Source: Syntrophomonadaceae bacterium
Lineage (GTDB): Bacteria; Bacillota; Dethiobacteria; SKNC01
DNA length: 64,000 nt
Direction of reading: 5' to 3'
Assembly: GCA_003560915.1 (NCBI GenBank)
Contig: PWJM01000053.1
Span: 891-64,890, forward strand
Position 1 is the first letter of the stretch. Every line of letters starts with the position of its first letter. Positions 27,517 through 37,512 of the stretch are shown piece by piece. The notes beneath the pieces were generated by a model. That model was not told where the DNA came from and made no database searches. It saw nothing but the letters and a program-made list of their open reading frames with translations. The position numbers were made by a program, and so were the translations under genes.

Positions 27517-28896
27517 TTGAGAAGAGAAGCTCCTGTTTCTATACATCAACAGTTAGAGATAGACATTACCGGTTTAAATCACTCGGGAGAAGGAGTAGGT
27601 CGCCACCAGGGCTTCACTTTATTTGTCCCGGGTGGGGTTCCGGAGGACCGCCTGCTGGTAAAAATAATTTCTGTGCAAAAAAATTATGCCCGAGGGCTTT
27701 TGCAGGCTATTGTTAAACCATCATCTTTACGGATAAAGCCTTCCTGCGAGTTTTTTCAAAATTGCGGAGGGTGTCAGCTTCAGCACATAAATTATCCTGC
27801 CCAACTGGAACTTAAAACTCAACTGGTGCGGGAAACACTATCTCGAATAGGCTCTATAGATCCTGAAGCAGTAAAGGATACAATGGGCATGAAAGACCCC
27901 TGGAACTACCGCAATAAGTCTCAGTATCCCGTAAGGTCTCGAAAGGGCCTGGCCGTTACTGGTTTTTTTGCCCCCAGGAGCCACAATTTAATAGAAATAG
28001 ACAGCTGCGGTATCCAGTCTGGATACGCTCAAACCGTGATAAATACAGTGATAGAGGTCATGAATCACCAGAAGATTTCCCCTTATAATGAAAAAACGGG
28101 GCGAGGACTTATCCGCCACGTACTGGTCAGGGAATCCTTCTACAATGGAGAAGTAATGGTTGTGCTGGTGACCAATGGGGAAACAATCCCCCGGAAAAAT
28201 CATCTTGTGGAAGCACTAAAGCATAGGGTCCCCAAACTAGTATCCATCGTACAAAATATTAATATCCGCAGAGATAATGTTATTTTGGGAAAGAAGGAAG
28301 CAGTGCTTTTTGGAAAGGACCATATCATTGAGGCAGTGGGGGATTTCAAATTTAAAATATCCCCAAGGTCCTTTTTTCAAGTAAATACAGAGCAGGCAAA
28401 AATATTGTATGATACAGTTCTGGAATACTCCGGCTTAACCGGTAAAGAAATCATATTTGATCTGTACTGCGGCACCGGTTCCATTGCCCTCTACCTTGCT
28501 CCCCATGCCACCTGGGTTTACGGGATTGAAGTGGTTTCCCAGGCGGTAAAAGATGCTCAAGAAAATGCCCTGCTGAATCATATTAAAAATTCCGATTTTT
28601 TTATGGGGAAAGCAGAGGAGGAAGTGCCAAAACTGTTGAAACAGGGAATCATCCCCGATGTCGTTGTGGTAGATCCCCCTAGAAAGGGATGTCACCGGGA
28701 TTTACTTCAGTCAATCCTGGAAACAGAGCCCGGTAAGATTATCTATGTCTCCTGCAACCCATCCACCCTGGCCCGGGATCTATACGTACTGACTGAAAGC
28801 AATAAGTACGAAGCAGCGGCAGTACAGCCTGTTGATATGTTTCCCCATACGGCCCACGTCGAGACGGTAGTCTTGATGTCAAGGGTTAAGAAATAG
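27517..28896 (+). CDS. rlmD: 23S rRNA m5U1939 methyltransferase
   Basis: TRAM domain, C-x5-CGGCQLQH, SFFQVN, DLYCGTG, DPPRKG, YVSCNPSTLARD, DMFPHT.HVE. Confidence 0.95.
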   Translation: MRREAPVSIHQQLEIDITGLNHSGEGVGRHQGFTLFVPGGVPEDRLLVKIISVQKNYARGLLQAIVKPSSLRIKPSCEFFQNCGGCQLQHINYPAQLELKTQLVRETLSRIGSIDPEAVKDTMGMKDPWNYRNKSQYPVRSRKGLAVTGFFAPRSHNLIEIDSCGIQSGYAQTVINTVIEVMNHQKISPYNEKTGRGLIRHVLVRESFYNGEVMVVLVTNGETIPRKNHLVEALKHRVPKLVSIVQNINIRRDNVILGKKEAVLFGKDHIIEAVGDFKFKISPRSFFQVNTEQAKILYDTVLEYSGLTGKEIIFDLYCGTGSIALYLAPHATWVYGIEVVSQAVKDAQENALLNHIKNSDFFMGKAEEEVPKLLKQGIIPDVVVVDPPRKGCHRDLLQSILETEPGKIIYVSCNPSTLARDLYVLTESNKYEAAAVQPVDMFPHTAHVETVVLMSRVKK

Positions 28897-28947
28897 TAGG
28901 GCTGGAAATATTTGTTTGTGTAAAAAAGAGTTAAGCAGAGTCAAATT

Positions 28948-31689
28948 TTATGCATTTTCTCTTTTGGAATGCAAAAACTTACTGATAACTTCTGCCAGCT
29001 CTTCGATTTTGTAGGGCTTGGATACAACTCCACTGAAACCGTATTCTCTGTAATAAGACATGACAGGATCATTCGAATAACCGCTGGAGACAATGGCCTT
29101 TACTTTAGGGTCAATTTTTAAGAGCCTTTTAATGGTTTCTTTTCCGCCCATTCCCCCTGGTATGGTCAGATCCATAATAACCAGGTCAAAGGGTTTCCCC
29201 TCCTCCAGGTTTTGTATATACATATCTAAAGCTTCTGCCCCATCTCTGGCGAAATCAGACTCATATCCTAAAACGGATAGCATTTCACCGGCAACGTCCC
29301 GTATTTTTTTTTCGTCATCCATGACCAGCACTTTCCCCTGACCGCCGTAATAAACATTCTTTTCCTTCTTTTCTTCTTTATTCTCCTGGAAAGAAGCTGG
29401 CAGGTAAATCCTGAACCGGGAACCCTCACCAGGGCAGGAATCCACACTAATATAACCCCCATGTTTTTTAACAATGGAATAAGAAATGGTCAATCCTAAT
29501 CCTGTTCCCGTTTCTTTTGTGGTAAAGAAAGGGTCAAATATTTTTTGCATATATCGTTCCTCTATCCCCACTCCCCGATCTTCCACAGTTATTTCAACAT
29601 AGTTTCCATAGGGAAGAGGTAAATAGTTCTCCAGGCCATCAGATCCCACTACTATATTGTTAGCTCTTACCTTAATGATTCCTCCGTCAGGCATAGCCTG
29701 TACTGCATTAAGAATAAGATTGTTAATAACCTGCCTGATTTGACCTTCGTCAACCTCAGCCTTTAAAATACTGTCTGTAAAATCAAATTCACTGCGCACA
29801 TTAGAACCACTCAGGGAAAAGGTCACGGCATCCCGAACCAGTTCTTTTAAAGACACCGTTTTCTTCATGGGTTCCCCACCCTTGGCAAAAGTATGAAGCT
29901 GCTGAGTTAATTCCTTTGCTTGCATAGAAGCTTTCTCAATTTCTAAAAGCTTTTTAAAAACCTTGTGGTCTTTTTTAATCAGAAATTTCGATAAGGAGAT
30001 GTTTCCCAAAATAATAGTTAATATATTATTAAAATCATGGGCAATCCCCCCGGCTAAAATACCGATTGATTCCAGCTTACCGGTCTTCTGCATTTCTGTT
30101 TCCATACGCTTTCGTTCGGTAATATCCCGGATCACTGACAGCACCTCTGGACGCCCCTGGTAAGTGATGGGTATAGAGGTTACCTCAATGTCAATAATTT
30201 CTTTTCCCGAGTGAATAATCTTTTGTTCCATGAGGGGCATCACACTCCCCTCCTCGGCTACCTTTTTATTTAAAGTTTTTACAATATCCCAGTAGTCCTC
30301 AGGTAAATATTTTAGAATTGACTGGTCGATGAGTTCATCGGGGCCTTCAACTCCCAGCAATTTTGCTGCCACCGTATTAGCAAAAACCACCTGGTGTTCA
30401 TGATGAATGATGATGGCATCCGGCAGCTGCTCCACCAGCTTTTGATACTGTTCCTTGGTTTTTCGCAGAACCTCTTCTGCCATTCTGCGGTCAGTAATAT
30501 CCCGGGTAATACTGAGAACAGTCTCAATGTTTCCATCAATAGTAAACTCCGGAACAATTCGAGTGTAAAAATACTTCTTCCCCTGGTTTGTTAAATAATA
30601 AGTGTAAATATTTTTTTCTTCCTGGCTGTCAAAAACCATTTTCAATACATCCTGCTGAAGCATTCTGGAGGCTTCTCCCTCGGGCATACCCAGAATATGC
30701 TTATTCTTTAGCACAAATTCTTCCCGGCATATTCCCAATTCCCTTTCTACGGCAGGGTTTACGTAAATGCAGTTGTAATCCTGATCAAAACGGGCAATGA
30801 TATCCGGGGCATTTTCCACCAGAGCTTTAAATTCCTGTTCTCTTTTCTGGAGTTCCTCTTCGAACTGCTTTCGTTCCGTGATATCCCGAACCACAGCCTG
30901 GAGGACATTTCTTCCCTTTAAATTAAAACGGCTCAGCAGAACCTCCGCCGGGAAAACCGAACCATCTTTTCTCCTGTGAATCCATTGATAAAACTTTGTG
31001 CCATCTCTAAAAGCCTCTTCTATATGTTTATTTGCAGCACTGAAAGAATCCTCTCCATCAGGCTGCTGTAGAGGTGATAAATCACAGGGGTGTTTATTGA
31101 TAAACTCTTTTTTTGAGGAATATCCAAATATTTTCAAAGTAGCCTGGTTGCAGTCAAAAAATTCCTTTCGGTCTAATATCATGATGGCATCTGAAGAGGA
31201 TTCAAAAAGGGTTCTAAATTTCATTTCAGAATCTTTTAAAGCCTGTTCAACCTGTTTGCGTTCAGCTATCTCCGTGGTTTGAGGATCCCGGTACTTCTGA
31301 GGGTTTCTAAGATATTCCAGGAAAGCCTTTCTTCTGTCAACAGCAGTTTTTAATTTAAATATTAATTCTTCCTCATTTATGGGAGTAGATAAAAATTGAA
31401 TTCTATCGCTCTTATATTTTTCCAGTATTTCGCCATTCGTCCAATCTGTGAAAATAATAAACTGGATTCCCTGGTCTATGGCTTCTGCTTCTCTTATAAT
31501 AGAGAGGCCCCGGTTTTTTCCCTCTTTACTGCCTACAATGATTATATCCTGGTCAGTTCTGGTCAATATATTTATGGCTTCATCAGCAGATGTACAGGGA
31601 TAAACCTGGCGGCAAAAGTTGTAATTGAGGAGCAAATTTTTTACTTGTTCCCGCATACTTTTATCTTCCTGGACAATTAAAAAATTCAT
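28948..31689 (-). CDS. Hybrid sensor histidine kinase (degenerate REC, three PAS, HisKA, HATPase, REC)
   Basis: Repeated DITERK linkers, H-box GIAHDFNNIL, NAVQA, FFTTKETGTGLGL, C-terminal MDDE...IMD...KP. Confidence 0.93.
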   Translation of the reverse strand: MNFLIVQEDKSMREQVKNLLLNYNFCRQVYPCTSADEAINILTRTDQDIIIVGSKEGKNRGLSIIREAEAIDQGIQFIIFTDWTNGEILEKYKSDRIQFLSTPINEEELIFKLKTAVDRRKAFLEYLRNPQKYRDPQTTEIAERKQVEQALKDSEMKFRTLFESSSDAIMILDRKEFFDCNQATLKIFGYSSKKEFINKHPCDLSPLQQPDGEDSFSAANKHIEEAFRDGTKFYQWIHRRKDGSVFPAEVLLSRFNLKGRNVLQAVVRDITERKQFEEELQKREQEFKALVENAPDIIARFDQDYNCIYVNPAVERELGICREEFVLKNKHILGMPEGEASRMLQQDVLKMVFDSQEEKNIYTYYLTNQGKKYFYTRIVPEFTIDGNIETVLSITRDITDRRMAEEVLRKTKEQYQKLVEQLPDAIIIHHEHQVVFANTVAAKLLGVEGPDELIDQSILKYLPEDYWDIVKTLNKKVAEEGSVMPLMEQKIIHSGKEIIDIEVTSIPITYQGRPEVLSVIRDITERKRMETEMQKTGKLESIGILAGGIAHDFNNILTIILGNISLSKFLIKKDHKVFKKLLEIEKASMQAKELTQQLHTFAKGGEPMKKTVSLKELVRDAVTFSLSGSNVRSEFDFTDSILKAEVDEGQIRQVINNLILNAVQAMPDGGIIKVRANNIVVGSDGLENYLPLPYGNYVEITVEDRGVGIEERYMQKIFDPFFTTKETGTGLGLTISYSIVKKHGGYISVDSCPGEGSRFRIYLPASFQENKEEKKEKNVYYGGQGKVLVMDDEKKIRDVAGEMLSVLGYESDFARDGAEALDMYIQNLEEGKPFDLVIMDLTIPGGMGGKETIKRLLKIDPKVKAIVSSGYSNDPVMSYYREYGFSGVVSKPYKIEELAEVISKFLHSKRENA

Positions 31690-31890
31690 AATCCTCCTCC
31701 TTAAATTCTTTATTAATTACGATTTAAAGATTTATGCCGACATTATCCTGATTGCTTTTTACAAGTTTCTACAAATTATGACAATTTCCTCTCTTGTTTT
31801 TGTTATTTTTCATTAATATTTTCATATAATATTTATGCTATAGTCGCAGAACCGTGGCAGACTTTTCATTCAAGGGTACATGCATAACCA

Positions 31891-31909
31891 ATTTGCCCCG
31901 TGGGCAAAT
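31891..31909 (-). terminator. Hairpin after modE
   Basis: ATTTGCCC-CGT-GGGCAAAT. Confidence 0.5.
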
Positions 31910-31928
31910 ATCTATCTTAGAAACTATA

Positions 31929-32267
31929 TCAGGACCCAGGAAAGTGTTTATTGAATAAAATTTCTAAATATCTGTCAATATCCCTGCGCAGTTCAGTGTA
32001 ATGCTTCAATAATTCTTCCCCTTCCGGAGATAATGTTGACCCTCCTCCATCGCTTCCTCCTACCTGCCGAATCAACAGGGGAAAACCCAAATTTTTTTCC
32101 AACATCCTGATAAGATTCCAGGCCTGGGCATAGGACATGTTCATCTCAGCGGCAGAACGACGCAGGGACCCGGTGTTTTTTATCCCTTGAAGCAGCCGGC
32201 AGGGGCCATCTCCAAATCCCTTACCTTGACCTTCCAGCCATATTTTTGAACAAATTTTGTAAGACAC
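31929..32267 (-). CDS. modE: ModE-family winged-helix regulator (N-terminal domain only)
   Basis: KIWLE...FGDGPCRLL..I..TGSL..SA..MNMSY..AW...GG..GGGSTL; 112 aa with no TOBE domain. Confidence 0.88.
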   Translation of the reverse strand: MSYKICSKIWLEGQGKGFGDGPCRLLQGIKNTGSLRRSAAEMNMSYAQAWNLIRMLEKNLGFPLLIRQVGGSDGGGSTLSPEGEELLKHYTELRRDIDRYLEILFNKHFPGS

Positions 32268-32298
32268 GGCAGCACCTCCTGATATACTGGCAAATATA

Positions 32299-32892
32299 TC
32301 ATTTCATTTTGCTCCTGATTTTTAGTAAATCTTCAGGAGTATCTATATCCCTCAGCACTCCTTCACAGTCCGTTTTCAGTATGCAGGCCCTTTTTCCTGA
32401 GTGTATGATGATGGACCTGCCCCCCTCATCCCCACTCAAATTTTCGAATAGAGGAAAAACTTCTTTACTAAACAATACCGGGTTTCCCCGGATACCCATG
32501 TATTCCGGGTAAACCACCGGACATTGCTGCTCTTGAAACAACTGAATCAATCCCCTGACTACCGCAGGGCTCACCAGTGGAAGGTCTCCCGGGCAGAAAA
32601 TGACAGCCTGGCAGTCAGAGTTAACTGCATCCAGCCCTTTGCGAACAGATGATGACAATCCCTGGTGGTAATCCTCGTTAATAACCGTCTTTAAATCTTC
32701 AAAATTATTCTTTACGTATTTTTCTTTTTCTGAAGCCCTGTGTCCCAATACTACAAATACTTCATCAATCTCGGAAATAAGGACGTTATTTATCGTATGC
32801 CCAAGAACTGTTCCGGAGTTCAGAGGGACTAACAATTTATCTTTTCCCATACGGCTGGAACAGCCCGCAGCTAAAACTACAGCACTAATCAT
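32299..32892 (-). CDS. mocA: Molybdenum cofactor cytidylyltransferase (MocA-like nucleotidyltransferase)
   Basis: VLAAGCSSRMGKDKLL, GLSSS, PGDLP, GNPVLF, GDEGGR, DIDTPED. Confidence 0.88.
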   Translation of the reverse strand: MISAVVLAAGCSSRMGKDKLLVPLNSGTVLGHTINNVLISEIDEVFVVLGHRASEKEKYVKNNFEDLKTVINEDYHQGLSSSVRKGLDAVNSDCQAVIFCPGDLPLVSPAVVRGLIQLFQEQQCPVVYPEYMGIRGNPVLFSKEVFPLFENLSGDEGGRSIIIHSGKRACILKTDCEGVLRDIDTPEDLLKIRSKMK

Positions 32893-33032
32893 AACCTGCA
32901 CTCCCTTTTCCTATACAGGCAGTATAATTTCCATCCAATCAGTTCTTCTTCTAAATATCAGTACCTTCACCCTTTAGAGATACCGGCGAGAATCCCTGGT
33001 TTTATTGTCCCGGTGCAGATTTCACCTGTTTC

Positions 33033-33818
33033 TCACTGGCAAAATATCTCCAGATTTAAATTCGGGTTTCTGCAGGACCCCACAATAACTCTATCAAAAA
33101 AATTATTCTTGAAAAGCCGGTGAATTAATGGTAATATTTTCTGCGCTTGCGATTTCTGGTCCACCTGGTTAATGAATGCGATAATACGGGCATTCCCTGC
33201 CTGAGCCCGGGCTTTTTCAGCCCCCTGTTCCATTAACCGGGCAAAATATTCTATGCCCACGGCACTGCCCGGGGGAGATTCCAGGTATTGAGCTGCCAGA
33301 AAGGCACGATGAATATGTTTTTCTGTTAAAGGTTTACCCAGGGCATTTGCCCCGGCCATCACCACCACCAGGTCGCTGCAGTCAGGTAAATTTGGCTCAT
33401 GGGATTCATAACTTTTGATTGGTTTCCTCCGGGAGCCGTCCGCTTCCACCAGAACCCTATGAAAGATATCTGCACCTTTTAATTTTTCAACCAGGTCAGG
33501 GGAAATCCCCTTTACTTTATTTTCCTTCAGGTGCCTGGAAGCCAGGAATACCAATTTTTCGTCTGTTTTTACCGGATAAGTTGTCAGGAATTTTTCCGAA
33601 GAACTTTCACCGTTATGTTCCCGGCTTAATATGATGCTTTTATCCACTTCAACTTCCCCGGGCATAAACATTTGGGTGGTAGTAGTTAGAAGGACATGAC
33701 TCCCCCCGTCCTTCAATTCTCTTCCCATCTGAAATAAAAAGGTAGTTTTCCCCCCCGCACCCATAACCGCTATTACCTTTTCCATGTCACTTAATCCGAC
33801 AGCTTCAATGAGCAGCAT
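33033..33818 (-). CDS. yqeC: Selenium-dependent hydroxylase accessory protein YqeC
   Basis: GAGGKTT, TTTTQM, VEADGSRRKPIK...HEP. Confidence 0.88.
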   Translation of the reverse strand: MLLIEAVGLSDMEKVIAVMGAGGKTTFLFQMGRELKDGGSHVLLTTTTQMFMPGEVEVDKSIILSREHNGESSSEKFLTTYPVKTDEKLVFLASRHLKENKVKGISPDLVEKLKGADIFHRVLVEADGSRRKPIKSYESHEPNLPDCSDLVVVMAGANALGKPLTEKHIHRAFLAAQYLESPPGSAVGIEYFARLMEQGAEKARAQAGNARIIAFINQVDQKSQAQKILPLIHRLFKNNFFDRVIVGSCRNPNLNLEIFCQ

Positions 33819-33873
33819 GGACAAACTTCCTTTCTGGTAGTCAGTGCCTGCCTAAAACACCTAGTTATAGACG

Positions 33874-34599
33874 TTATAATCCTCTTACCGCAAATACAAA
33901 AACAAAAGCAGACGTTAAAACAACCCCCATGACCAGGTAATCCGTTCTGGTCAGTACAATATCCCGGTAATATGTCCGCTCAGGAGAACTCCTGAAACCC
34001 CGCATTTCCAGCAGTATGGCAAGCTTTTCGGTTTTCTGCCAGACACTGTATATCAGTGGAGAAAATAGATTGGTATAAAAACGTAAGATTTTTCTCCTGT
34101 ACACTTTTCTCATGTCCACTCCCCGCAGCTGAATAGAGTTAATGATATTCTGCAGCTCTTCAAACATTACGGGCATAAAACGGATTCCCAATTGAATCAT
34201 AAATGCCACTTCATACGGAACTCGCATTTTTACCAGGGCCAGTACCAGTTCCTGGGGATCACATCCCGCCATCAAAAGGGCTGAACAGGCCAGCACCAAA
34301 AAGCGAAGAAGAATAGATATTCCATAATAAATGCCCCCGGTGGTCAGAAGCACTGCTTCCCCCACCTGCCACAGGGGTTCCCCCTCTCGAACGAAAAAAC
34401 TCTGCATAACAATCAAACCTGAAAACATGAAAACAAATCCCTTAAACCCCCGAAGCAGGAGAAAATTTACCCGAAACAATGCCAATACCAGCAGGTTTAA
34501 GGCCAATAAAATCCCCAGAATCCTTGGATTCTGATAGATCAGGGCCAGTAAGGAAAACACTACTACTACCAGCATTTTAGTTCTCACGTCTACCTTCAT
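33874..34599 (-). CDS. ecfT: ECF transporter T component (EcfT/CbiQ family)
   Basis: Multi-pass membrane protein with RFMP, QLRG and LEMRGF motifs. Confidence 0.9.
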   Translation of the reverse strand: MKVDVRTKMLVVVVFSLLALIYQNPRILGILLALNLLVLALFRVNFLLLRGFKGFVFMFSGLIVMQSFFVREGEPLWQVGEAVLLTTGGIYYGISILLRFLVLACSALLMAGCDPQELVLALVKMRVPYEVAFMIQLGIRFMPVMFEELQNIINSIQLRGVDMRKVYRRKILRFYTNLFSPLIYSVWQKTEKLAILLEMRGFRSSPERTYYRDIVLTRTDYLVMGVVLTSAFVFVFAVRGL

Positions 34600-35254
34600 T
34601 TTCCCTCACCTCACCTTCTATCATGTGAAGACTTCTTCGGTTCAACCCCTGAATAAATTCCCGGTCATGGCTGATAACAATAGTCCCGGTTCCCTGTCTC
34701 CATATATCCAGCAGTATTTCTTTAAGCTTTTTTTTCCCCTCAGTATCAATACTTTTGGTAGGCTCGTCCAAAATGAGAAAATCAGGCTTTAGTGCCAGTA
34801 TAGAAGCCAGCACCAGCATTTGTTTTTGGCCTTCGCTTAGATTGAACGGGAATTCTTCCCGCAGGTGCCACAGGTTGAAATATTGCAGAAGTTCCCGGCA
34901 TCGCGCCATAACCTCTTCTTTTTTAACTCCCCTCCACTTTAATCCAAAAGCTGCTTCATTAAATACCGTATTATTAAAAAGCATTTGGCTGGGATTTTGA
35001 TATACAAAACCAATCTTTCTTCCCCGTTCTGCCAGGGAGTACTGTTTCACAGGCTTTCCCTGTAAGTGAACAATGCCAGATTGGGCGGAAAGAAGCCCCA
35101 CCATCAGCCTTGCCAGGGTTGATTTGCCGCTGCCGTTTAAGCCGGTTATGGCCACCTGCTCCCCCGGATTAAAATGTTGGGATACATTTTTTACAGCCGG
35201 GACTGTTTTTCCCGGGTATGTAAAAGTAACATCTTTTAGGGTTATATAAGTCAT
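34577..35254 (-). CDS. ECF transporter ATPase
   Basis: GLNGSGKST, YQNPSQ, LSEGQ, LDEPT, ISHD. Confidence 0.9.
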   Translation of the reverse strand: MTYITLKDVTFTYPGKTVPAVKNVSQHFNPGEQVAITGLNGSGKSTLARLMVGLLSAQSGIVHLQGKPVKQYSLAERGRKIGFVYQNPSQMLFNNTVFNEAAFGLKWRGVKKEEVMARCRELLQYFNLWHLREEFPFNLSEGQKQMLVLASILALKPDFLILDEPTKSIDTEGKKKLKEILLDIWRQGTGTIVISHDREFIQGLNRRSLHMIEGEVRENEGRREN

Positions 35255-35323
35255 AACATCACCGCTTCTTCTGTTATTCTTAGGCGCGCTTCATGGGAAA
35301 GAAAACATCATTTTTGACCTGCT

Positions 35324-35400
35324 CTGCGACAATTGGAACCATCCCCCGCTGCAGCATAAACCTGTTTTGCGACAAAAAGAAAACCGTCCCCGGGTGTCGC
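35324..35400. repeat. Tandem pair of REP-like ACCGTCCCC hairpins
   Basis: GCGACAATTGGAACCATCCCCCGCTGCAG followed by GCGACA-AAAAGAAAACCGTCCCCGGG-TGTCGC. Confidence 0.65.
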
Positions 35401-35420
35401 AATTATTATATATTTGCTCA

Positions 35421-36134
35421 TTAACCTGGGGATAAAGTAATTTCATTTTCCTTCGTCATTTTGTTGGTGCCTGTTAGTTTGGCCCTGCCTAAAAGAAATA
35501 TCTTATCATAAAGCCCGCGGCCCCTGGAGGTGTGATCCACAATGACCAGGGTTTTTCCCCTGTCTTTCAGCTTCTTCATTACAAATAAAATTCTCTGGGA
35601 GGCCATCTCATCCAGCATAGAAAGGGATTCATCAAAAATTAATAGGGAAGGATTTAAAGCCAGAACTGAGGCCAGGGCTGCCAGCTGCTTCTGCCCCCCC
35701 GATAAATTGTTAGGATTTTCTCCTCTCAATGGAGTAATTCCCACTAAATCCAGGGTTTCATTAACAATTTCTTTCATTTTCTCCCGGGGAACTCTCTGGT
35801 TCTCCAGTCCAAAGGCGATTTCATCCTCAACGGTTGGCATTAAGATTTGAATCCCCGGGTCCTGAAGAACTATGCCAACATCAGAAGTCAGCTGGTGCAG
35901 AGAAACCTGACCGCTGTCTGTACCCTTGATAAACACCTTTCCATCCATTTTGCCGGAAAGACAGTGGGGGATGATTCCGCAGAGGCAGTAACACAGGGTA
36001 GTCTTTCCACTACCGTTAGAACCCGAGATTCCCAGGACCTCTCCCGCCTGCAGGCTGAAGCTGACCCCATTTAAAACTGGTTTTTCATAATTTTCATAAG
36101 TAAAACCTAGATTTTTTACCTCCAGTATCTTCAT
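35421..36134 (-). CDS. ECF transporter ATPase
   Basis: GSNGSGKTT, LQDP, EDEIAFGLEN, LSGGQKQ, FDES. Confidence 0.9.
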   Translation of the reverse strand: MKILEVKNLGFTYENYEKPVLNGVSFSLQAGEVLGISGSNGSGKTTLCYCLCGIIPHCLSGKMDGKVFIKGTDSGQVSLHQLTSDVGIVLQDPGIQILMPTVEDEIAFGLENQRVPREKMKEIVNETLDLVGITPLRGENPNNLSGGQKQLAALASVLALNPSLLIFDESLSMLDEMASQRILFVMKKLKDRGKTLVIVDHTSRGRGLYDKIFLLGRAKLTGTNKMTKENEITLSPG

Positions 36135-36185
36135 GAAAAAAACCCCCATACAAAAATATTTTATAACATTTTTCAATCCGCCGTT

Positions 36186-36758
36186 TTACCCGGAGGTACT
36201 TATTTCTTCAGGTTTTTTCCCACCTTTGAAAAGGTCCACCACTTTAGACAATCTGAAACCAATTACTCCCCCCATGCCGCCTGTTATCAGGGATACTCCT
36301 AATGATACCATAAGGGGAATATAAGGCACCCTCAGAAAAAGAGCATTTACAATCAAAGAACCTGTGGTGTTAGCAATGGCTCCTGCCAAAAAACCGCTGA
36401 ACAGCGAAGAGACATATCTAGGGAATAAAAGCATTCCCATCTCCAGGGTAATCGTTGGCACCACATAAACCAGCAGATTGGCAATCCCCCGATTGCCCAG
36501 CATATCAAATACCACTACCAGAATAGATTGAACAACTCCTACCATTACGGCCGTCCCTCTTTTTTTCACAATACTGCAGGCCAGTACAATCCACAGCATG
36601 TAAATAACGCCTCCCAGAGTACCTGCAGACATAAAGGAACCGGTAAAAACCTGCGCCAGAATTCGAACAAAAGGTTTGGAAGCAACTCCACAGGCTGAAA
36701 GCAGGGCAATTATAATTAAATCAAAGGTGGTAAACCGGCTTAATAATTTATTTAACAT
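36186..36758 (-). CDS. Probable ECF transporter S (substrate-binding) component
   Basis: 190 aa, about six hydrophobic segments, FTTFDLIIIALL N-terminus, directly upstream of ecfA/A'/T. Confidence 0.75.
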   Translation of the reverse strand: MLNKLLSRFTTFDLIIIALLSACGVASKPFVRILAQVFTGSFMSAGTLGGVIYMLWIVLACSIVKKRGTAVMVGVVQSILVVVFDMLGNRGIANLLVYVVPTITLEMGMLLFPRYVSSLFSGFLAGAIANTTGSLIVNALFLRVPYIPLMVSLGVSLITGGMGGVIGFRLSKVVDLFKGGKKPEEISTSG

Positions 36759-37512
36759 GTAAATCTCTCCTTTCCCAGGTAATTAAATTGCTTTTTCTGG
36801 GATTTGGAACCCAGAACATCCCGTTTTTTATGGTGAGATGATTAAGAATGTGATCTTTTACCAGCTTAACATCTGGAATACCCAGCTTATCGCTTAAAAA
36901 AACTGCGCAGTTATTTATTTCACTTTTCCCCCGCAGGGGCAGGCCAAAGTCATACTCCAGTAACTCTACCTCCACCTGCTGCCCCATATTTTCAAACAAA
37001 GGCAGCAGGTCCTGATTCTCAAAAACCGGAGGCTCTATGCCTGTAGTCTGGTACAAATCCCCGCTTAAAAAGTCTTTCTGCACCCTGTCCCAGGGAGCGA
37101 TAAAAAAAGCCATGCGGGTAGTATGCTGTAAAACTTTTTTAATTCCCTCCAGAGTACCAATGCTGCCGCAGAAACAATAAGCACAGATGGAAACTTCCGT
37201 GGGTATTACTTCTACCTCCAACCAGTCACCATAAATGGTTTTAATATTACTCAAATTCAGGGCTTTCTTCCGTTTTTCCAGGGCTTTTAGATTAGTATTA
37301 CTGATGTCCACAGCCTGTACATCATAGCCTCTACGGGCTGTATGTATGGTGAACGCCCCGGGGCCGCACCCTATATCAATCAATGTGGAACAATCCGATC
37401 CCCGAATTTTCTGTTTCATCCTTTCCCAGGGAACTGAAGGATATTCACTGTGCTCGATTCCCTGGTAATAGCTATCTATCTGCTCCTCTGACCATACTTT
37501 TTCCGCCGGCAT
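36748..37512 (-). CDS. Class I SAM-dependent methyltransferase
   Basis: LIDIGCGPG, AVDIS, YGDW motifs. Confidence 0.85.
   Translation of the reverse strand: MPAEKVWSEEQIDSYYQGIEHSEYPSVPWERMKQKIRGSDCSTLIDIGCGPGAFTIHTARRGYDVQAVDISNTNLKALEKRKKALNLSNIKTIYGDWLEVEVIPTEVSICAYCFCGSIGTLEGIKKVLQHTTRMAFFIAPWDRVQKDFLSGDLYQTTGIEPPVFENQDLLPLFENMGQQVEVELLEYDFGLPLRGKSEINNCAVFLSDKLGIPDVKLVKDHILNHLTIKNGMFWVPNPRKSNLITWERRDLHVK

Noticed and set aside
28850-28948. rlmD 3' end as an integration hotspot for the downstream 15-kb block
   Set aside because: rumA/rlmD is a known target of integrative elements in some Bacillota, but no recombinase, direct repeat or second rlmD tail is visible here.
31843-31862. GTCGCAGAACCGTGGCAGAC as another ACCGTCCCC-family copy
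   Set aside because: It lacks the CCCC run and the arms pair poorly; at most a degenerate copy.
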